A stretch of DNA of 64,000 nt, taken from Candidatus Krumholzibacteriota bacterium. Lineage in GTDB: Bacteria > Krumholzibacteriota > Krumholzibacteriia > JAJRXK01. The stretch covers positions 160,001-224,000 of the forward strand of contig CAVXTH010000009.1 in NCBI GenBank assembly GCA_963764625.1, written 5' to 3'. A model generated the notes under the pieces. It made no database searches and had not been told where the DNA came from. It saw only the letters and a list, made by a program, of their open reading frames with translations. The position numbers and the translations under genes were made by a program. The stretch's first letter is position 1; every line of letters begins with the position of its first letter. Below are positions 31,264-42,133 of this stretch, piece by piece.

Positions 31264-32692
31264 ATGAACACGAGAGTCGTCATCGAGCCGGTCACGCGAG
31301 TGGAGGGTCACGGCAAGGTCACGATCCATCTGGACGACAAGGGAAACGTCGATCAGGCACGCCTGCACGTGGTGGAGTTCCGCGGTTTCGAGCGGTTCAT
31401 CCAGGGTCGACCCTATTGGGAAGTCCCCGTTCTGGTGCAGCGTCTCTGCGGAATCTGCCCGGTGAGCCACCACCTCGCCGCCTCCAAGGCCATGGACTAC
31501 GTCATCGGGGCCGAGAAGATCACTCCCACCGCGAAGAAGATCCGACGGCTCATGCACTATGGGCAGATCTACCAGAGCCATGCTCTCCACTTCTTTCATC
31601 TCGCGTCTCCCGACCTTCTCTTCGGTTTCGCGGAGACATGAAAAAGCGCAACGTCATCGGAGTCGCTCAGGAGTTTCCGCAGCTGGCCACGCAGGGCATC
31701 ATGATGCGCCGCTTCGGCCAGGAGATCATCGAAGCCACCGCGGGCAAGAGAATTCACGGCACAGGATCCATCCCCGGAGGGGTCAACAAGAACCTCTCGA
31801 TCGAGGAAAGGGACCATTTTTTGTCCTCGTCTGGATCAGCAGCTCGAGTGGTCCCGATCGGCGGTTGAACATCGCGCGCGAGTACACCCTGGGCCATCTC
31901 GAAACGGCCTCTCACTTCGCGGCCTTCGACTCAAACCATGTGGGCCTGGTCGACGATGCGGGAACCCTCGATCTGTACGACGGGAAACTCAAGGCCATCG
32001 ACGCGCACGGGGCCATCATCTTCGAAGGGATGGATCCTCAACAGTACGCCGAGTACGTGGCCGAGGAAGTGCGTCCCTGGTCGTACATGAAGTTCCCGTT
32101 CATTCGTTCCCTGGGTCCCCGCAGGGGTTGGTACCGGGTGGGTCCCTTGGCGAGGATGAATCTCTGTCAGCGAATGGGGACACCCGAAGCGGATGTGGCC
32201 CGGGAAGAGTTCATGGGCATCACGGCCGGCAAGCCCAACAATCTGACCCTGGCCTATCATTGGGCGCGAATGATCGAACTCTTGCACTGCATCGAGAAGA
32301 TCCGTGAACTCCTGAACGATCCCGATCTGCAGGGGGAGGATCTAGTGGTGAAGGGCGAGTTTCGCGGAGAGGGAGTGGCCATCATCGAGGCGCCTCGCGG
32401 GACCCTCTTCCATCACTACAAAGTGGATGAAAACGACCAGGTGACGATGGCCAATCTCATCGTCTCGACCACTTCCAACAACGAGGCCATGAACCGGGCC
32501 GTTTCGGACGTGGCGGAGACCTACCTCACGGGTAAGAAGATCGACGAGGGGTTGCTCAACCACATCGAAGTGGCCATTCGCGCCTACGATCCTTGCCTCT
32601 CCTGCGCCACGCATGCCCTGGGGCAGATGCCTCTCGTCGTCGAACTCGTCGACGCCCAAGGAAACGTCGTTGCCCGACGCGGGAAGGGGTGA
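31264..32692 (+). CDS. hoxH: Group 3d [NiFe]-hydrogenase large subunit, about 3 frameshifts (31630-31870)
   Basis: [12 protein letters not shown]1 [23 protein letters not shown]2 [12 protein letters not shown] plus cleavable C-terminal extension. Confidence 0.93.
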
Positions 32693-32695
32693 GTC

Positions 32696-33193
32696 ATGAA
32701 CTCGACACGACCCTATTTGCTCTATGCTTACGGCAATCCGGGTCGTCTCGATGATGGGCTGGGGCCGGCGTGTTTCAGGACCTTCGAGGCTCTCGCCCTG
32801 CCCAATCTTACGCTCGAATGTGACTATCAACTGACGATAGAAGATGCCTGGATCGTCGCCCGGCACGAACTCGTGGTTTTCGTGGATGCCTCGGTGGATG
32901 CGCCGCCGCCCTTCACTCTGGTGGAAGTGAAGCCGGCGAAGACGGCACAGTTCTCTTCGCACATGTGTGATGCCGCCACCGTACTCGCGACGGCGCGAGA
33001 GGCGCTCGGCGCCATCCCCCGGGCCTTTCTTCTCGGCATCAGGGGGTATGAATTCAATGCCTACGGGGAGCGGCTTTCGACCGCGGCCCAAGAGAACCTC
33101 GATGCAGCCGTTGAGTTCTTGCGCCAAGTCTTCGAGGGTGGCGGCCTCGAACAGCTTCTCGACGCCACGCCAGCGGGAATGGAGAGGGAATGA
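32696..33193 (+). CDS. hoxW: Hydrogenase maturation endopeptidase
   Basis: YGNPGRLDDGLGP, YQL, VFVDA, SSH; directly after hoxH. Confidence 0.9.
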   Translation: MNSTRPYLLYAYGNPGRLDDGLGPACFRTFEALALPNLTLECDYQLTIEDAWIVARHELVVFVDASVDAPPPFTLVEVKPAKTAQFSSHMCDAATVLATAREALGAIPRAFLLGIRGYEFNAYGERLSTAAQENLDAAVEFLRQVFEGGGLEQLLDATPAGMERE

Positions 33194-33894
33194 ACGAACA
33201 ACTCCTTCCTCTGTGCGCGGTGGCCGCCGGGATCGCATTGCTGCACACGCTCACCGGTCCCGATCACTATCTTCCGTTCATCGTGATCGGACGCGCCAAG
33301 TCTTGGTCTCTCTCGCGAACTCTGGGTCTTACTGCGCTGTGTGGACTCGGGCACGTGGGTAGTTCGGTCCTCTTGGGAACCCTGGGGATCGCCTGCGGAC
33401 TTTCGATCTTCAAACTCACGGCGGCCGAGTCCTCTCGAGGCGAGCTGGCCGCGTGGCTTCTGTTCATCTTCGGCTGCACTTATACCGCGGTGGCTTTCTT
33501 TCGTTTGCTCAAGTCGCGTACCCATACGCATTCGCATCTGCACGCCGATGGCACGCAGCACACGCATTCGCACGGCCACTCGGGAGCTCACGTGCACGCG
33601 CATCAAGCCAAAGGTCTCACGCCGTGGATCCTCTTCACCATTTTCGTCTTCGGGCCCTGCGAGCCCTTGATTCCGCTGGTGATGGTTCCCGCGGCGCGAG
33701 CCAACGGAACCATCTTGGCTCTGGTCATTGTGGTTTTCTCTCTGGTGACGATCGGCACCATGCTGGTCGCCGTCGCCTCCATCTCGGCCGGCCTGCGCGT
33801 CTTCCCCACGCAAGCACTGCACCGCTATGCGCAGCTGCTGGCGGGAGTGACGCTGAGTCTATGTGGTGGCGGAATGCTGTTTCTGGGTTGGTGA
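33190..33894 (+). CDS. Nickel transporter (UreH/NiCoT-like) with His-rich loop
   Basis: LHTLTGPDHY, GLGHVGSS, HTHSHLHADGTQHTHSHGH, FGPCEPL; located in hydrogenase operon. Confidence 0.82.
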   Translation: MNEQLLPLCAVAAGIALLHTLTGPDHYLPFIVIGRAKSWSLSRTLGLTALCGLGHVGSSVLLGTLGIACGLSIFKLTAAESSRGELAAWLLFIFGCTYTAVAFFRLLKSRTHTHSHLHADGTQHTHSHGHSGAHVHAHQAKGLTPWILFTIFVFGPCEPLIPLVMVPAARANGTILALVIVVFSLVTIGTMLVAVASISAGLRVFPTQALHRYAQLLAGVTLSLCGGGMLFLGW

Positions 33895-33898
33895 CGCG

Positions 33899-36193
33899 AT
33901 GAAACCCGAGACCGTTTGCGCGCAACGACTGCACCTGGAAGTGAGAGGCCGGGTGCAGGGCGTGGGCTTTCGCCCGTTCGTGGTACGCCTTGCTCGCGCC
34001 TTGGATTTGCGTGGTTTCGTGGGGAACGATTCCAAGGGCGTGTTCATCGAGATCGAGGGGCTTCTTGCCGACCTCGATTCTTTCCGGCAGCAGCTCTTCC
34101 GTGAGCTTCCTCCTCTGGCGCACATCACGAACATGGAGGTTCAGCCGCTTCCCTCTCTGGATGTACCCGGCTTTGTGGTCGCCGATTCGGTTCGACTCGA
34201 GGAGCAGGAAATCGAAATTACTCCCGACGCGGCGCTTTGCTCGGACTGTCTTTCGGAGTGTCTCGATCCGCGGAATCGGCGCTTCGGGTACGCCTTTACC
34301 AATTGCACCAACTGCGGCCCCCGCTACAGCATCATCCAGGAAGTTCCCTACGACCGCGAACACACCACCATGTCCGGATTCGCGATGTGTTCGCGCTGTC
34401 AGGCCGAGTATGACGATCCCACCAACCGAAGGTATCACGCCCAGCCCAATGCCTGTCCGGAGTGCGGCCCCCGACTCTGGCTGAGCGACACCGAAGGCAA
34501 TGAATTGCCCACTGAGGATCCCCTGGAGCGGGCCGCCAGTTGGCTAAAAGAGGGGAAGATCCTCGCGGTGAAGGGGCTGGGGGGCTTTCATCTAGCATGC
34601 CGGGCGGACGACGAGGATGTCGTAAGACGGCTGCGCAATCGCAAGGGTCGTGACGCAAAACCGCTGGCGGTCATGGTCAAAGACCTCGAGGCCGCGCGCC
34701 GATGTGCTGCGCTCGATCCGCTGGACGAGCGCAGATTGGCCTCGGTTTCGGCTCCCATTCTCTTGCTTCTGAGAAAGAGCGGGGCACCGATCGCATCCGG
34801 AGTGTGCGGCTCGAGCGATCTCGTCGGTCTGATGCTGCCTTACACTCCTCTGCACCGACTGCTTCTGGAGCATCTCTCGGTAGCTCTCGTCATGACCTCC
34901 GCCAACCCGACGAACGAGCCTCTGTGTTCCACCAATGAGGAGGCACTTCACAGACTCTCGCGGACCGTCGACGCGTTCCTGTTGCACGACCGACCCATCC
35001 AACGGGCGATCGACGATTCGGTTCTTCTCTCACACGGCCCCGCGAAGCCGACTCTCGTGCGCCGCGCCCGCGGGTTCGTGCCGGATCCCATCACGTGTTC
35101 TCGCCGCGCGAAAAGGCCCGTCATGGCCTTCGGGGGCGATCTCAAGGCGACGGTATGCGTTCTCAAGGACCGCAGCGCCGTGGTCTCCGAGCACATTGGG
35201 GACCTCGAGAATCCCCGCGCTTTCCGGAGGTTCCTGGATGCGGGGATTCGGATTCGGGAGCTCTTGCGGGTCGACCCTGAGCTCTTTGCGTGCGACATGC
35301 ATCCCCTCTACCACAGCTCCGTCCACGCGCGTTCTCTCGGAGTGGACCTGGTCGAGGTGCAACATCATCACGCGCACGCAGTGTCCTGCATGGCCGAGAA
35401 TCATCTCGACGAACCGGTTCTGGGGCTCATTTGCGACGGAACCGGATACGGAACCGACGGAAGTATCTGGGGGGGAGAGGTTCTCCTCACGCGCTACGAG
35501 GATTTCGAACGCGTGGCGCACCTGACTCCACTTCCTCTGTTCGGCGGCGACGCGGCCGCTTTGGAGCCCTGGCGTTGCGCTGCGGCCCTCTTGTACTCGG
35601 CCCACAAAGAGCGATGGAGCTCGGCCCTGCCGCCGTGGGTTCGACTGCCGGATCCGATGCTGGCGCAAGTAGCGACGAAGCAGCTTCAAAGTGGAAGGGC
35701 AACCGTGCCGTGCTCGAGTTTGGGGCGGCTCTTCGACGCGGCGGCGTATCTCTTGGGGGTGTGTGATCGCAATCGCTACGAGGGGGAGGCCGCGATGGCT
35801 CTCGAGGGCAAAGCGCGCGAGGCGACGGGTCGGATCAAGACGAGCCCCCGGGTCCAGAAGAACGAGAAGGGTCTGTGGGAGATGGACGGGGTGCACCTCG
35901 TACTGGAGCTTTTGCAGGAGTTGGAGAACGGGGCGAGCCGCGAAAGCTGCGCGGCCGCCTTCCATCGGGGAGTCTGCGAACTCTTCGCGGAGGCCGCCCG
36001 GATCAGCGCGCGCCATTTTGGCGTGCGGAAAGTCGTGCTCTCGGGAGGCTGTTTCCTCAACCGCATTCTGCTGCGCGAACTCGTGGATGAGCTGAAGGCC
36101 TCCGATTTGGAAGTCTATCAGCATCGCCAGCTTCCTCCCGGGGACGGAGGCTTGTCGTTCGGGCAGGCACTCGTGGCCTCGGCGAGGGCCTAA
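33899..36193 (+). CDS. hypF: Carbamoyltransferase HypF
   Basis: GRVQGVGFRPF, CTNCGPRY, HAQPNACPECGP, KGLGGFHL, QHHHAH, PPGDGGLSFGQ. Confidence 0.97.
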   Translation: MKPETVCAQRLHLEVRGRVQGVGFRPFVVRLARALDLRGFVGNDSKGVFIEIEGLLADLDSFRQQLFRELPPLAHITNMEVQPLPSLDVPGFVVADSVRLEEQEIEITPDAALCSDCLSECLDPRNRRFGYAFTNCTNCGPRYSIIQEVPYDREHTTMSGFAMCSRCQAEYDDPTNRRYHAQPNACPECGPRLWLSDTEGNELPTEDPLERAASWLKEGKILAVKGLGGFHLACRADDEDVVRRLRNRKGRDAKPLAVMVKDLEAARRCAALDPLDERRLASVSAPILLLLRKSGAPIASGVCGSSDLVGLMLPYTPLHRLLLEHLSVALVMTSANPTNEPLCSTNEEALHRLSRTVDAFLLHDRPIQRAIDDSVLLSHGPAKPTLVRRARGFVPDPITCSRRAKRPVMAFGGDLKATVCVLKDRSAVVSEHIGDLENPRAFRRFLDAGIRIRELLRVDPELFACDMHPLYHSSVHARSLGVDLVEVQHHHAHAVSCMAENHLDEPVLGLICDGTGYGTDGSIWGGEVLLTRYEDFERVAHLTPLPLFGGDAAALEPWRCAAALLYSAHKERWSSALPPWVRLPDPMLAQVATKQLQSGRATVPCSSLGRLFDAAAYLLGVCDRNRYEGEAAMALEGKAREATGRIKTSPRVQKNEKGLWEMDGVHLVLELLQELENGASRESCAAAFHRGVCELFAEAARISARHFGVRKVVLSGGCFLNRILLRELVDELKASDLEVYQHRQLPPGDGGLSFGQALVASARA

Positions 36194-36204
36194 GGGGAGT
36201 TCTC

Positions 36205-36471
36205 ATGTGTCTGGCCGTGCCGGGAAGAATCGTCTCCATTCGCGAGGATTCACGCTTCGCGGTGGGTCACGAGGGGGTCGTCGACTTTCAGGGAACCACG
36301 GTCGAAGTCTCCCTGGCGCTGGTTCCTCACGCGCGGGTGGGTTCGTGGGTCCTGGTGCACGCGGGGATGGTTCTGGAAGAGCTCGATGAAGTCGAGGCCC
36401 GCCAGACCTGGGATTACTTGCGTCAGGCCGGCGCCCTGCGGAGCGCGGGTCCCGCCGGAGAACCAGAATGA
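36205..36471 (+). CDS. hypC: Hydrogenase assembly chaperone HypC
   Basis: MCLAVPG, VLVHAG. Confidence 0.97.
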   Translation: MCLAVPGRIVSIREDSRFAVGHEGVVDFQGTTVEVSLALVPHARVGSWVLVHAGMVLEELDEVEARQTWDYLRQAGALRSAGPAGEPE

Positions 36472-37535
36472 GAACGCCGTTCGCCATCGCCGCCTCCATC
36501 CAAAAGCTCATGAAAGGCCAGCGCGAACTGAGATTCATGGAGATCTGCGGCACCCATACCGTTTCTCTATTTCGAAGCGGCGTGAAGTCACTTCTGCATC
36601 CATCGATCCGCCTGGTTTCGGGTCCGGGCTGTCCGGTGTGCGTGACGCCTCAGGGGTATCTCGATGCTGCGTGCGAACTCGCGCTCGAGAGACGGGCGAC
36701 CATTCTCAGCTACGGAGACATGGTGCGGGTTCCCGGGAGCAAGGTCTCCCTCGATCAGGCCCGCAGCTTGGGCGCCCGGGTGGAAGTGGTGTATTCGGCA
36801 CGCGCGGCCCTTCGCTACGCCGCGGAACATCCCCGAGAAGAGGTTGTCTTTCTGGCGGTTGGATTCGAGACCACCATTCCCGCCTCGGCGGTAACGGTGC
36901 TGGAGGCGAGGAACGCCGGTCTGAAGAACCTCTCACTCCTGGTGGGTCACAAGACGGTGCTTCCCGCCATGCGCGCTCTGCTCGCCGACGGAAGCGCCCC
37001 TTTGGATGGCTTCCTCTGTCCGGGACACGTCAGCGTCATCATCGGGACCCGCGTCTACGAGCCCATCGTCAGAGATCATGCGAGAGGATGCGTGGTGGCC
37101 GGATTCGAGGCGGAGAGCATGCTGAACGCCATCGAGCGCCTGGTCACGATGGCGCTCGTGGAATCTCCCGCGGTCGCGAATTGCTATCCGGTCGCGGTGC
37201 GCTCCGAAGGGAACCCACGAGCCCTTGCGCTCATTGCGGGGGTCTTCGACACGGTCGACTCCACCTGGCGAGCCATGGGGACGATTCCCAGTTCGGGTCT
37301 TGGGCTGCGCGAGGAATTTGCCGAATTCGATGCGGCGCGGCGCTTCGATCTAAGAGTCGACGCAGACTCTCATCCCGCCGGGTGCCGCTGCGGCGAAATG
37401 ATCCAGGGGAAGATCACGCCGGACCAGTGTTCCCTCTTTCGCTCGCGTTGCACTCCAGTGTCTCCGGTGGGACCGTGCATGGTGTCCTCGGAGGGGAGTT
37501 GCGCCGCCTGGTACAAGTACGCGGAGCTGGTATGA
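36468..37535 (+). CDS. hypD: Hydrogenase formation protein HypD
   Basis: MEICGTHT, GPGCPVC, GFETT, PGHVS, GPCMVSSEGSCAA. Confidence 0.97.
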   Translation: MRTPFAIAASIQKLMKGQRELRFMEICGTHTVSLFRSGVKSLLHPSIRLVSGPGCPVCVTPQGYLDAACELALERRATILSYGDMVRVPGSKVSLDQARSLGARVEVVYSARAALRYAAEHPREEVVFLAVGFETTIPASAVTVLEARNAGLKNLSLLVGHKTVLPAMRALLADGSAPLDGFLCPGHVSVIIGTRVYEPIVRDHARGCVVAGFEAESMLNAIERLVTMALVESPAVANCYPVAVRSEGNPRALALIAGVFDTVDSTWRAMGTIPSSGLGLREEFAEFDAARRFDLRVDADSHPAGCRCGEMIQGKITPDQCSLFRSRCTPVSPVGPCMVSSEGSCAAWYKYAELV

Positions 37536-38542
37536 ACGAAGAACGCATTCGGCTGGCCCATGGGGGTGGTGGCGAGCTCACCAATCTCCTTCTGCGTCGC
37601 TGCATCGCTCCGGCGCTATCCAACCCCGTACTCGATCCCTTGACCGACGGGGCCCTGCTCGACTTGCCCCAGGGGAGAGTGTGCGTGACCACCGATGCCT
37701 CGGTGGTGCAGCCCCTCTTCTTCAATGGAGGCGACATCGGCCGGCTCTCGGTATGCGGTACGGTCAACGACTTGAGCGTGATGGGAGCCCGTCCTGTGGC
37801 GCTCACGCAAACGCTGATTCTCGAAGAGGGATTGCCGCTGACGACTCTCGATCGCGTAATGAAATCGATCGCCATCGCGGCGACGGAAGCCGGCGTCTTC
37901 GTCGCGAGCGGCGACACGAAAGTGGTCCAGCGTTCACGGGGAGATGGCATGTTCATCTCGACTTCGGGCATCGGCGTGGTCGAACACGAGTTGGCCCTCG
38001 AGCTGCGAGCGATTCGGGCCACGGACAAGATTCTGGTGAGTGGAACCATCGCCGACCACGGTCTGACGATCATGGCGGCGCGCGAGGGACTCGAACTTTC
38101 CACTCGTCTGCGCAGCGATGTGGCTCCGCTGCAGGGACTGTGCGCGACCCTGTGGGAACTGGGCTTCGAGCTGCGTTTCCTGCGCGATCCTACCCGTGGC
38201 GGACTGGCTGGAGTTCTGGCCGATCTCGCGCAAGGAAGCGGATTGGGCATTGAAGTGCACGAGTTGGACATTCCGCTGCGTCCTGAAGCTCGTCACGCGT
38301 CCGAATTGCTCGGCCTCGATCCGCTCGGCATCGCCAACGAGGGCAAAGTGGTGGTGGTCTGCAGCGCGGCAGCCGCGCCACGCGCACTGTCCCTGCTGCG
38401 GGCGCACCCACTGGGTCGCAACGCGGCGGTCATCGGCGAGTTCATCGTGGCGAAACCGCCCTTGGTGGAATTGATCACGAGGATCGAAGGAAGAAGGATC
38501 GTGACCCGTCCTCAGGGAGAAGAGCTGCCGCGGATCTGCTGA
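37532..38542 (+). CDS. hypE: Carbamoyl dehydratase HypE
   Basis: LAHGGGG, GTVNDL, GDTKVV, RDPTRGG, NEGK, C-terminal LPRIC. Confidence 0.97.
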   Translation: MNEERIRLAHGGGGELTNLLLRRCIAPALSNPVLDPLTDGALLDLPQGRVCVTTDASVVQPLFFNGGDIGRLSVCGTVNDLSVMGARPVALTQTLILEEGLPLTTLDRVMKSIAIAATEAGVFVASGDTKVVQRSRGDGMFISTSGIGVVEHELALELRAIRATDKILVSGTIADHGLTIMAAREGLELSTRLRSDVAPLQGLCATLWELGFELRFLRDPTRGGLAGVLADLAQGSGLGIEVHELDIPLRPEARHASELLGLDPLGIANEGKVVVVCSAAAAPRALSLLRAHPLGRNAAVIGEFIVAKPPLVELITRIEGRRIVTRPQGEELPRIC

Positions 38543-38572
38543 GTGAGCCGAGAGGGGAAAGCGAGGAGTAAG

Positions 38573-38920
38573 GTGCACGAAGCCGCGTTCGCCATCTCCC
38601 TGCTCGAGCAAGTGCTCGGGCAGGCCAGGATGCACTCGTTGGCGCGCGTCACCAGGGTGCGGGTCGACCTCGGAGTGCAGCGCCTGGTGGTTCCCGAGGC
38701 CCTGGCCCTCGCGTTCTCGGCCGCGAGCCAAGACACCGCGGCCCAAGACGCCGAGCTGCAACTGACGGAAGTAGCCCTCCGTGCCCGCTGTCGCTCTTGC
38801 GGAAGCGAGTACGCGGCGGAGGTCGACGATTACCAATGTCCCTTCTGCGGCCAGGCGGATGCCGAGCTGCTTGCCGGGCACGAGGTTGTGTTGATGTCCC
38901 TGGAAGGGGAGGAGGTCTGA
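38573..38920 (+). CDS. hypA: Hydrogenase nickel metallochaperone HypA
   Basis: GTG start giving MHE after GAGGAG RBS; CRSC and CPFC zinc site. Confidence 0.95.
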   Translation: MHEAAFAISLLEQVLGQARMHSLARVTRVRVDLGVQRLVVPEALALAFSAASQDTAAQDAELQLTEVALRARCRSCGSEYAAEVDDYQCPFCGQADAELLAGHEVVLMSLEGEEV

Positions 38921-38921
38921 G

Positions 38922-39629
38922 ATGACGACCGTGAGAGTGGTGCAGAGTGTCTTGAAGGCGAACGATGCCGTGGCTGCCGCCAATCGTCGCCGGATTCTGG
39001 AAGGCGGCGTCCTGGGATTGAACCTCATGAGTGCGCCCGGCTCGGGCAAGACGACGCTCCTACAAAAGACCATTCCCCTGCTCGAGAGTTCCTGCGCCGT
39101 GCTGGTAGGAGATCTGCAGACCACGCGCGATGCCGAGCGGCTCGAGGGAGTGGCCCGCCAAACGGTGCAGATCAACACGGGGAGGGGCTGTCACCTCTCG
39201 GCCACCGAGGTCGCGGACGGCCTGGACGCTCTCGATCTGAACGGCATCGAGTACCTCTTCATCGAAAACGTGGGAAACATGGTTTGTCCCGCCAGCCATG
39301 ATCTGGGCGAACATGCGCGCTGTGTCCTCTTGAGCGTACCGGAAGGCGACGACAAGGTGGCCAAGTACCCGACCCTCTTTCAGGCGGCCGACGTGATCCT
39401 GGTGAACAAGATCGATCTGATCGGGGTGCTCGAGTTCTCGCTCGAACGGGTCCGTGAAGATCTGGCGCAGGTCAATAGCTCAGCCCACCTTCTGTTGGTG
39501 TCGGCGCGAACCGGAATGGGGCTGGACCAGTGGAGGTCGTGGCTTCAGGAGCGCCGGGCAGCGCTTGCGGTCGGAGAAATCAACTCGCGTCCAACGCTTC
39601 CCGTAGGACACGAAGATGCGCCTCGGTGA
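38922..39629 (+). CDS. hypB: Hydrogenase nickel incorporation GTPase HypB
   Basis: [38 protein letters not shown]. Confidence 0.96.
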   Translation: MTTVRVVQSVLKANDAVAAANRRRILEGGVLGLNLMSAPGSGKTTLLQKTIPLLESSCAVLVGDLQTTRDAERLEGVARQTVQINTGRGCHLSATEVADGLDALDLNGIEYLFIENVGNMVCPASHDLGEHARCVLLSVPEGDDKVAKYPTLFQAADVILVNKIDLIGVLEFSLERVREDLAQVNSSAHLLLVSARTGMGLDQWRSWLQERRAALAVGEINSRPTLPVGHEDAPR

Positions 39630-40089
39630 ACCCGACCAACAAGACCCTCTGGGGCAACTCGTTGTCGCGCAGCTCGGCGCGAACCGTCCGAACCGCGATG
39701 CGCGAGGCAGCTCTGGCTGGATACCCGTACACTCCACAGCTGATCATGGGGAATGCCACCGAACGCGCGCCCGCCTCTCTCGCCAGCCGCAGACTCTTCC
39801 GGTAGCAGCTCTCCAGTCGCTCCGCCTCGTGGGCCTTGCCTCCTTGGTACACCGGACCCACGGTGTGGATCACCCAGTTCGCCGGCAGCTGATAGCCACC
39901 GGTGATTCGCGCCTCCCCGGTGGGACAGCCCCCCAGACCACGACATTCTTCCAGTAGTTTGGGTCCGGCGGCCCGGTGGATGGCGCCGTCGACCCCACCG
40001 CCTCCCAGCAGGCTCGTGTTGGCCGCATTCACGATCGCATCCACCGCCAGGGTGGTGATATCCCCTTGCAGAATCGCGATCCGATCCAT
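39580..40089 (-). CDS. Macro-domain O-acetyl-ADP-ribose deacetylase (YmdB-like)
   Basis: [34 protein letters not shown]. Confidence 0.93.
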   Translation of the reverse strand: MDRIAILQGDITTLAVDAIVNAANTSLLGGGGVDGAIHRAAGPKLLEECRGLGGCPTGEARITGGYQLPANWVIHTVGPVYQGGKAHEAERLESCYRKSLRLAREAGARSVAFPMISCGVYGYPARAASRIAVRTVRAELRDNELPQRVLLVGFTEAHLRVLREALDAS

Positions 40090-40166
40090 GGTGTTCCCCT
40101 TTCGCACTTGCTTTGACTATAATAAGGACCAGATTGAGCCGACCAAGACCCTGGAGATGGAGTGCG

Positions 40167-41124
40167 ATGATTTCGATGCGCAGAATGGCCCTCGTCGTGG
40201 GCGCAGCGGTGCTGATCCTGAGCTTCGTAGGCTGTAGCCAGAAAGAGCCCATCACCCCGGTGGCTCCCCCGCCCGGGGGAAATGACCTCTTCCCTGGCCT
40301 GTCATTCGGAGACGACACGAGCTTCGACATCGTCACCTGGAATATCAAGACCTTCCCCAAGGGGCCCAGCCAGCGGCCTCACTACCTGGCCAAGGCCCTG
40401 AGCGCGCTCGACGTCGACGTGGCGGCTCTCCAGGAAATCGGGAGCGCGAGCGGCCTTCCAGCAGGTGCTCAGCGAGATGGACGGGTACGACGGCCACCTC
40501 TCTTCGAGCGCGGCCTACGACGTCAACCTGGCCATCATCTACAAGACCTCGACCGTGACGAACGTGAGCTTCGAGGAGATCTTCACCTCCGATTGGAACC
40601 CCTTCCCACGCAGCCCCTTGGTGATGCACTGCGATTTTCAGGGTACCCCGCTCGTGATCATCGACAATCACTTGAAGTGTTGCGGGGACGGCACCATCGA
40701 TTCCTCGAGCCATGATGACGAGGAGTACCGCCGGCAACGGGCCTGTGAGATGCTGGCCGGCTACATCAACGACAACCTGCCCAACGATCGCGTGATCGTT
40801 CTGGGCGATTTCAACGACAGCCTCACCGATCCGGTTCAGAACAACGTCTTCGAGGCCTTCCTCGACGATTCGACGCACTTCACGTTCTCGGACATGGCCA
40901 TTGCCGAGGGACCGAGCACCGGCTGGTCATGGATCTTCTCCAGCTCGTATGGGCCCTCTCACTTCGATCACATCCTCATCACCGACGAGCTCTTCGGCGC
41001 CTTCGCCAAGAGTTCCACCGATGTGGAGACGCTGCGTCCGGACAAGGCTCTGTCGGGTGGCCGGAGCGAGTATACGCAGTACTTGAGCGACCATCTGCCG
41101 GTGGGCATGCGCATCGCCTTCTGA
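40167..41124 (+). CDS. Endonuclease/exonuclease/phosphatase family lipoprotein, frameshift near 40455
   Basis: Lipobox FVGC, TWNIKTF, LQEI, HLKCC, GDFND, DHIL, SDHLPV. Confidence 0.88.
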
Positions 41125-41148
41125 TTCGGCTTCAGGCTAACTCGACCG

Positions 41149-42132
41149 TCACACCCGCACACCACGGCGCAAGAGCGCGGCTCTCACCAGCTGCCGCGTG
41201 AAGCCCTCGTGTCCCGCCGGGTCTTGGGCGAGGCAGAGGTCGGCGCTTCCCGCGTCGGTGGCGGGATAGTAGACGCCGCAGTTGGGATTGATCTCGAGCA
41301 TGAAGGGAATCCCCTGCGCGTCGACGCGGAGGTCGCAACGACCGAAGCTCGCGCCCTTCAGCGCGACGAAGAACCGCGCCGAGACATCGCGCAACCGGGC
41401 TTCCAGCACCGGTTCGGTCACCGGAAACGAAGTGAGCTTGTCGTAGTCGACCCACTTCATCTTCTCGTGTTTGAAACTCTCTCCCTGCGGAAAGCGGTAC
41501 TGCATCGGCGTGTAGGTGGTGGGTCGCAGGGGATCATCCGGATTTTCCGCCACCAGAACGGTGCATTCGATTCCGTCGACGTACTCCTCGATGAGAGCAG
41601 CTCCGTGCCGTGAGATGATCTTGCGGGCTTGCCGCCGCAAACCGGCCGGGGACTTGACCCGTGATGCGCGACTCAAATCGACGCTGGCGTAACTGCTATA
41701 GTGTTTGACGAAGAGGGGAAAGGAGAGGGTGCGGGCGGCGAGTTCGACCTCCTCCTCGCTTCTGGCGATGAGGTACGCGGGGGTGGCGATCCCCTCGCGC
41801 CGGCAGGCATCCTTCATCGCCTCGCGCGAGGGTTCATAGAATTCCGAGGTCGCACCGGTGAAGGGCACCCCCGCTTCCTCCAGGACTCGCACCACCTCGA
41901 TCCCGGGCACATCCTGGTCGGCGGCGCCGTCGCAGAGGTTGAAGAAGAGATCGAAGCCGTTGCGCACCAAGTGCGTCACCTGGCTGATAGAGGTGCTCTT
42001 CCTCAGAGTCGCCACCGTCCAGGCGGCTTCGGGCAGAAAGGGACGCGGATCGCAGGGCCAGTCGTCGTCCGGAAAGGGGTCGGCGTCGAGTTCCTGAGTG
42101 GTGAGGAGGCATATCCGCAACGGCTCCGGCAT
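41149..42132 (-). CDS. D-Ala-D-Ala ligase-like ATP-grasp protein
   Basis: FFNLCDG, VPFTGA, FPLFVK, LIEEYVDG, GRCDLR, LEINPNCG. Confidence 0.82.
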   Translation of the reverse strand: MPEPLRICLLTTQELDADPFPDDDWPCDPRPFLPEAAWTVATLRKSTSISQVTHLVRNGFDLFFNLCDGAADQDVPGIEVVRVLEEAGVPFTGATSEFYEPSREAMKDACRREGIATPAYLIARSEEEVELAARTLSFPLFVKHYSSYASVDLSRASRVKSPAGLRRQARKIISRHGAALIEEYVDGIECTVLVAENPDDPLRPTTYTPMQYRFPQGESFKHEKMKWVDYDKLTSFPVTEPVLEARLRDVSARFFVALKGASFGRCDLRVDAQGIPFMLEINPNCGVYYPATDAGSADLCLAQDPAGHEGFTRQLVRAALLRRGVRV

Positions 42133-42133
42133 C

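Noticed and set aside
31639-31641. TGA in hoxH as possible selenocysteine or programmed recoding
   Set aside because: It is not at a metal-ligand position, the L2 motif has ordinary Cys (DPCLSC), and homology continues in another frame, so it is an indel.
36386-38542. Apparent 718-aa HypE with a long N-terminal extension
   Set aside because: The extension is an open alternative frame over hypD; real hypE starts at ATG 37532, overlapping the hypD stop.
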